64,000 bases of DNA, taken from an uncultured delta proteobacterium (GTDB taxonomy: Bacteria > Myxococcota_A > Polyangia > Fen-1088). Numbering within the stretch: the first letter of the stretch is position 1; each line of letters opens with the position of its first letter. The stretch lies in the NCBI GenBank assembly GCA_963767925.1, contig CAVYGB010000002.1, positions 2,016,001 to 2,080,000 on the forward strand, written 5' to 3'. The position numbers were made by a program, and so were the translations under genes. The notes beneath the pieces are model-generated. The model was not told where the DNA came from and searched no databases. It was given only the letters and a program-made list of their open reading frames with translations. Shown piece by piece: positions 59,450-64,000 of this stretch.

Positions 59450-59545
59450 AAGCGGTGGCCCGCCCGTGGGCGCGGGCTGCCCGGCGCCGCGATTCCGTTT
59501 TCGGCCCGCGGGGAGGGGGCGGTCGCGACCCCTCCGTCCGGCGGG

Positions 59546-59737
59546 TCAGCGGGAGCGCGACTTGCCGGCGGGCGGGCGCTTGGCGGGGGAGCGGCCGGTT
59601 TCGTCGAACAGGGGGGTGCCGCCGGCGTAGAGGGTGTCGGCGGGGTCGCCGAAGGGGTTGCGCTTCTTGGCTACCGGCTTCTTGCTGGGGGCGGCGGGGC
59701 GCTTGGCGGCGGGACGCGGGGCGGGCTTCTTCGGCAT
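59546..59737 (-). CDS. Small basic Lys/Pro/Ala-rich protein
   Basis: 63 aa with PAAK-like repeats around DTLYAGGTPLFDE; fills the gap between co-oriented genes. Confidence 0.5.
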   Translation of the reverse strand: MPKKPAPRPAAKRPAAPSKKPVAKKRNPFGDPADTLYAGGTPLFDETGRSPAKRPPAGKSRSR

Positions 59738-59799
59738 GGCTCAAGTATGGGAGCGGGCGGGGCGGGGATGCCACCGCGGCAGGGGTGGCAGGGGGTGGG

Positions 59800-62124
59800 T
59801 CAGGTGAGGAGGGTGGGGGGGAGGAGGGGGCTGGGGTCGGCTGTGACCAGGAGCCAGAGCTGGTGGGCGGCGCGGGTGGCGGCGATGTGGATGAGGTGGC
59901 GGGACTCGTCGTCGTTGCCGAAGGTGCTGGCGTTGACCTCGCACAGGACGACGTAGTCGAACTCCAGCCCCTTGACCTGGCGGATCTCGGTGACCTCGAT
60001 GCCGGGTTTGAAGGAGAACTCCTGGGCCCGGATCCGGCGCAGCAGGGGGACCTCGGCCCGGCGCAGGCCCTGGTAATAGCGGTCGGCCTCCTCGGGGTGG
60101 CGGGTCAGGACGGCCACGGTGGCGCGCGGCTCGCGGGCGAACAGGGGGCGCAGGGCCTCGGCCAGGAAGGCCACCGCCGCGCCGGTGCCGGGGAAGCGGT
60201 GGGCCTGCACGGGGGCGCCCGAGCGGGGGGCGCGGGGGGCCTGGGCGGGGGCCAGGGGGCCCATCACGTGGCGGGCGAGGGCGAGGATCTCGCGGGTGGA
60301 GCGGTAGGAGATCTCGCAGCGGCTCGACCGCGACGTGCTCGAGGCCGAGCTGACCCAGCAACGTGCGCCAGTCGAGAAAGCCGCTGTCGAGCAGCAGCCG
60401 CTGCGCGGTGTCGCCGGCCAGGGTGACCGAGCGGGAGGTGGTGGTGGCGCCGATCAGGGTCGAGCAGCTGCATGGGCGACAGATCCTGGGCCTCGTCGAC
60501 GAACAGGTGGGCCAGGGGCTGGTCGACCCCGCGCAGGAGCTGGTGGGTGCGCAGCAGGATGGCGGCGTCCTCCAGGTCGAGCAGGACGCGGCTCTCCTGG
60601 GTGGCCAGGCCGTCGATGCCGGTGTGCCCGCGGATGTCGTCGTCGTCGGGGGGGCGCTCGCGGTGGCGCAGCCGGCGCGGCTTCGGCTCCCGGTCGAGGG
60701 TCGCCGACACCCGCTCGGTGATGAACCGGTGGGCCTCCACGACCTCGGCCCGCCCCAGGCGGGCGGCCGGGTCCCCGCTCACAAGCGCGACGAGGCGCTC
60801 GCGGTCGGTGAGCAGCTCGGCCCACAGTTGCAAGATGGCGCGCGAGCTGCGGCGGCCCTCGTGGGCCTTCGTGCGCCGCTGCAGCTCCTCGAGCAGGGCG
60901 GGGTGGTTCTTGAGGCGGGTGACCACCGGGGGTGCGTCGTCGACGACCTGGGCCTCGAGCTTCGGCATCGCCCGCTTCAGCTCGCGCTCGACCCAGCTCT
61001 GGTAGGTGACGACGGCGACGTCGTGCACGCCGAGCGCCGGGAGCACCTGGCTGATGTAGGCGGCCAGCGCCGACCCGTAGGTCACGACAAGCATGCGCTT
61101 GGGCTTGAAGCGCTCGGGGGCGGCGTAGGCCAGGTAGGCGATCCGGTGCAGGCCGATGGTGGTCTTGCCGCTGCCGGCGCCGCCCTGGATCACCACCACG
61201 CCCGAGCGGGGCGTGGTGATCAGCTCGAACTGGCGGGGGTCGACAAGGGCGGCGATCTCCGGCAGGTGCCGGTCCAGCCGCTGCTGCCCGCGCCCGACCA
61301 TCCCCAGGACCGCCCCCCGCGGCAGCCCGGGCTGCGCGAGCTGTCCTGGCTGCGGTGGCTGTCCCGGTTGCCCGGGCTGTCCCGGTTGCCCGGGCTGGAC
61401 GGAATGTCCCGGCTGCGCGGACTGCGGTGGTGATCCGCCGCGCGGAGGTGGCGCCGCGCGCCCGAGGGGGCTCCCGGGGCGCGTCGCGGTCCCCTCGCCG
61501 CCGGTCAGCTCGGGGGTGGCGAGATCGGTCCGGATCCAGGCGCCGTCCTCGCGCAGCCACGAGCCCTGGGGGCAATCGATCCGCTCGAGCACCCCGCTCG
61601 TCGATGGTGACGGTGCGGCGGGCGAGGATCTCCCCCTCCACCTCGCGGTCGCCGAAGCGCTCCTCGTAGTCGCTCCCCTCGCTGTAGCGGTAATAGAGCT
61701 GGCTCACCGGGGCGTTCCGCCAGTCGACGATGTTGATCCGGCTGTCGGGGTCGATGAAGGTGGCCCGTCCGATCAGCACGTCGCGCTGGTAGGGCCGTCC
61801 GCCGGGGCCGTGCTCGCGCAGGCGCAGGTGGCCGAAGTAGGGGACCTTGGGATCGACGAGCACGCTGCGGGCCTCGGCCTTCTGCAGCGACACCCCCTGC
61901 AGCCGCTCCATCTGGGCGATCAGGGCGGGCACGTCCTCCAGGCGGGCCTCGGCGATCTCGTCGCGCAGGGCCACCAGCTCCTGATCGTAGGCCAGGCCGC
62001 CGCTGCGGGGGGGCGGCGGGCGGGTCCGCTGCTGCAGGCTCTCCTCGACCCGCGCCAGCAGCCGCTCCTCCTCGGATGGGATGTCGGCGTCGGGGGTTGG
62101 TTCCTGCTCGGAGTCGCGGGTCAC
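59800..62124 (-). pseudogene. helD: HelD-like SF1 helicase/RNAP recycling ATPase with three +1 frameshifts
   Basis: PYFGHL, IVDWRNAPVS, QGGAGSGKTT..LHRIAYL, VDEAQD, LAGDTAQ, SYRST, VKGLEFD spread over four successive frames; shifts at ~61595, ~60461, ~60315. Confidence 0.8.
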
Positions 62125-62185
62125 GGCCCGCTCCACTATGCCATGGCCGACCCTCCCCGACCGCCGCGCGGGCGGAGGCACTGGC

Positions 62186-62502
62186 TCAGAAGCGGGCGTC
62201 GAGCACGAAGGCGGGGCCTTGCAGCCTGGCGGGGCCCGGCAGCCAGGTGGGGACCAGCGCGACGGAGGGGCGCGGCTCGGCCTCCTGCGAAAGCCCGCCA
62301 CGGTGGTGAGGACGCTGGCCATCTTGCTGGCGTCGTCGTGGCCGAACTGCAGCCGCTCGCGTCCCGGGGCGGGCAGGTTGGCCCCCACCAGGACGGCGAC
62401 CCGGTTGGACCGCGGCCGGACCTGCGCGGGCGCGGCGGTCGCGGCGATCGAGAGCGCCAGGAAGGCGAGGAGGGAGGTGAACAGGACAGGGCTCGCCGTC
62501 AT
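62186..62502 (-). pseudogene. Caspase-like (peptidase C14) gene with large internal deletion
   Basis: Signal peptide plus RVAVLVGAN...LQFGHDDASKMASVL (~70 aa), joined out of frame to ...PSVALVPTWL...AFVLDARF*. Confidence 0.65.
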
Positions 62503-62515
62503 GAGGTCGCTCCGG

Positions 62516-62947
62516 TCATGGGTTTTCTTTGTCGAGCACGAGAAGCTGGCGCCAGACGGCCGGGCGCTCGGAGGTGGTCGCTTCGTCCTCGGCGGGGGGC
62601 GCCTCGCGCGCCCGGGCGTGCAGCTCCGCCGGGATGGGCTGCCGGCCGAAGATGACGCTGAGGATCTCCTGGTTGCCTTCGCCGTCGACCCGGAAGCTCA
62701 CCGGCAGGAGCTGGTCGCCCCCGGCGATGGTCCCCTCGAACAGGACCAGCGGTTGCTCCTGGCCCGGCGAGCGGCCCGCCACCGACACGAACCGATAGCC
62801 GGCGCCGTTCAGCTCCACCCGCAGCCGGTCACCGGGGTACACCGCCCGCCCCTCGCACTGCCGTTTTCGCCGGGGCGCGCGGGGCGACGGGGTGACCGCC
62901 GGCGCCATCAAGTCCCTGCGGGAATTCCCCGAAGCGTAGAGGGCCAC
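62516..62947 (-). pseudogene. Probable 5-prime-truncated DUF4384-like/anti-sigma C-terminal remnant
   Basis: VYPGDRLRVEL...LLPVSFRVDG...EIL..IF resembles the protein typically encoded upstream of myxobacterial caspase-like genes; N-terminus looks non-coding. Confidence 0.4.
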
Positions 62948-62987
62948 GCTTCCCGGCGGGGGTGATTTCGCTTATCGGGGGTTACAT

Positions 62988-64000
62988 ATGCCGAGACTAC
63001 GCACAGCCTGGGTCCTTGTCGCAGCGGTCGCGTTCGCAGTGGGGTGTGGAGGGTCGGGCAAGCCCGCTCCCACGCACGACGGGGCGCCCGGGGGTAACGG
63101 CGGCACCGGCGGCAGCGGCGGCTCCGGGGGCAACGGCGGCTCGGGGGCAGCGGCGGGACAGGCGGCACCGGCGACGCGCCCAACCCCGTGCAGCGGAGCG
63201 TGCGCGTGGTCTCCTCGCCGGTGCGGACCGTGATGGCCGGTGAGGCCCTCCGCTACCGGGTGGTGGCCTCCGACCCCAGCGCCTCCTTCGAGGGGATCGA
63301 GCTGCCCGACGGGGCCACCCTCGACACCGCGGGCAACTTCTTCTGGACCCCCGCGCCCGCGCAGAGCGGGCCCCGCCGGGTGGCGGTGAAGGTCAAGGCC
63401 GGCGACGAGGAGGTCACCCAGGCCTTCAACGTCGTCGTGTCGACCGCCAGCCGCCAGCGCACGCAGGCGGTGGACCCCAACGCCCCCGAGGCCACCTCGA
63501 TCACCGTGGACGCGCCCCTCTCGCCCATCCGGGGCGCCGGCGTGCAGATCGAGCCCGGCAGCCTCATCGGCACCGAGGAGCTGACCGTCAGCATCTCCGC
63601 CGTCGAGAACGCGCCCCTGCCCCCCTCGGCGGTGGTGCGGGGCGTGCCCCTCGGCAACCTCAAGCCGGTCGAGCTGGGCCCCAGCGGCACCGCCTTCCGC
63701 AAGGCGGCCCGGGTCCAGCTCCCGTACAGCGCCGACCTGCTCGGCGTGGGGGAACAACCCGAGGTCCTCACCATCGACCCGGTCAGCGGCGCCTGGGAGA
63801 AGGTGAAGATCCTCGAGGTCGACCGGGAGCAGAACATCGTCACCGCCGAGATCGAGCACTTCTCCACGTACGTCGTGGCGCCCGCGGGCACCCTGCTCGA
63901 GGGCAAGCTCTCGCTCGGCGCCGCCGGCACCGCCTGCGCGCGCAGCCTCATCGTGCGCGCGGCCCTCATCGGCCAGCCCGGCCTGTTGCCCGCCACCTTC
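62988..64000 (+). CDS. Large surface lipoprotein (Gly linker, Ig-like and ZU5-like domains), frameshifted, runs off the window
   Basis: Lipobox AVGC; frame change at G-run 63143-63147; then LPDGATLD..GNFFWTP and VELGPSGTAF...VQLPY...AEIEHFSTY. Confidence 0.75.

Noticed and set aside
59800..62124. Programmed ribosomal frameshifting in the helicase
   Set aside because: Three independent shifts without slippery heptamers; error or decay is simpler

Overview
A very GC-rich, densely coding 64-kb bacterial window with myxobacterial-type (Myxococcota-like) gene content. I found no rRNA, tRNA, CRISPR array or prophage. Main elements in order: (1) a REP-associated Y1/HUH transposase (RAYT-like) boxed by ~170-180-bp inverted repeats that end in hexanucleotide microsatellites, surrounded by other hairpin/REP elements. 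(2) A candidate bacterial ESCRT-III-like envelope system spread over 7-23 kb: PspA/IM30, a two-module AAA+ ATPase, a TerB-like protein, two orphan coiled-coil proteins, and an ABC importer whose binding protein is fused to an OmpA peptidoglycan-binding domain and whose operon ends in an unknown 607-aa protein with an HDxxGH...E motif. (3) Atypical two-component genes: a NarL-type regulator with Asp->Glu at the phospho-site and a HisKA_3 protein with a degenerate ATP-binding domain. (4) A putative lipid/sterol-modification cluster: P450, His-box desaturase/hydroxylase, SCP2-like lipoprotein, alkyl-sulfatase-like metallo-beta-lactamase and a methyltransferase. (5) Two paralogous STAND-type ATPase regulators, an M36 peptidase and OsmC/AhpD redox genes. 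(6) A surface-polysaccharide region: MBOAT, BY-pseudokinase-like protein, beta-barrel, GT-C enzymes, phosphoglycosyl transferase, RsbW/STAS pair. (7) A damaged right end: HelD-like helicase with three frameshifts, an internally deleted caspase-like gene and a frameshifted surface lipoprotein. All calls come from motif recognition by eye; no database search was run.
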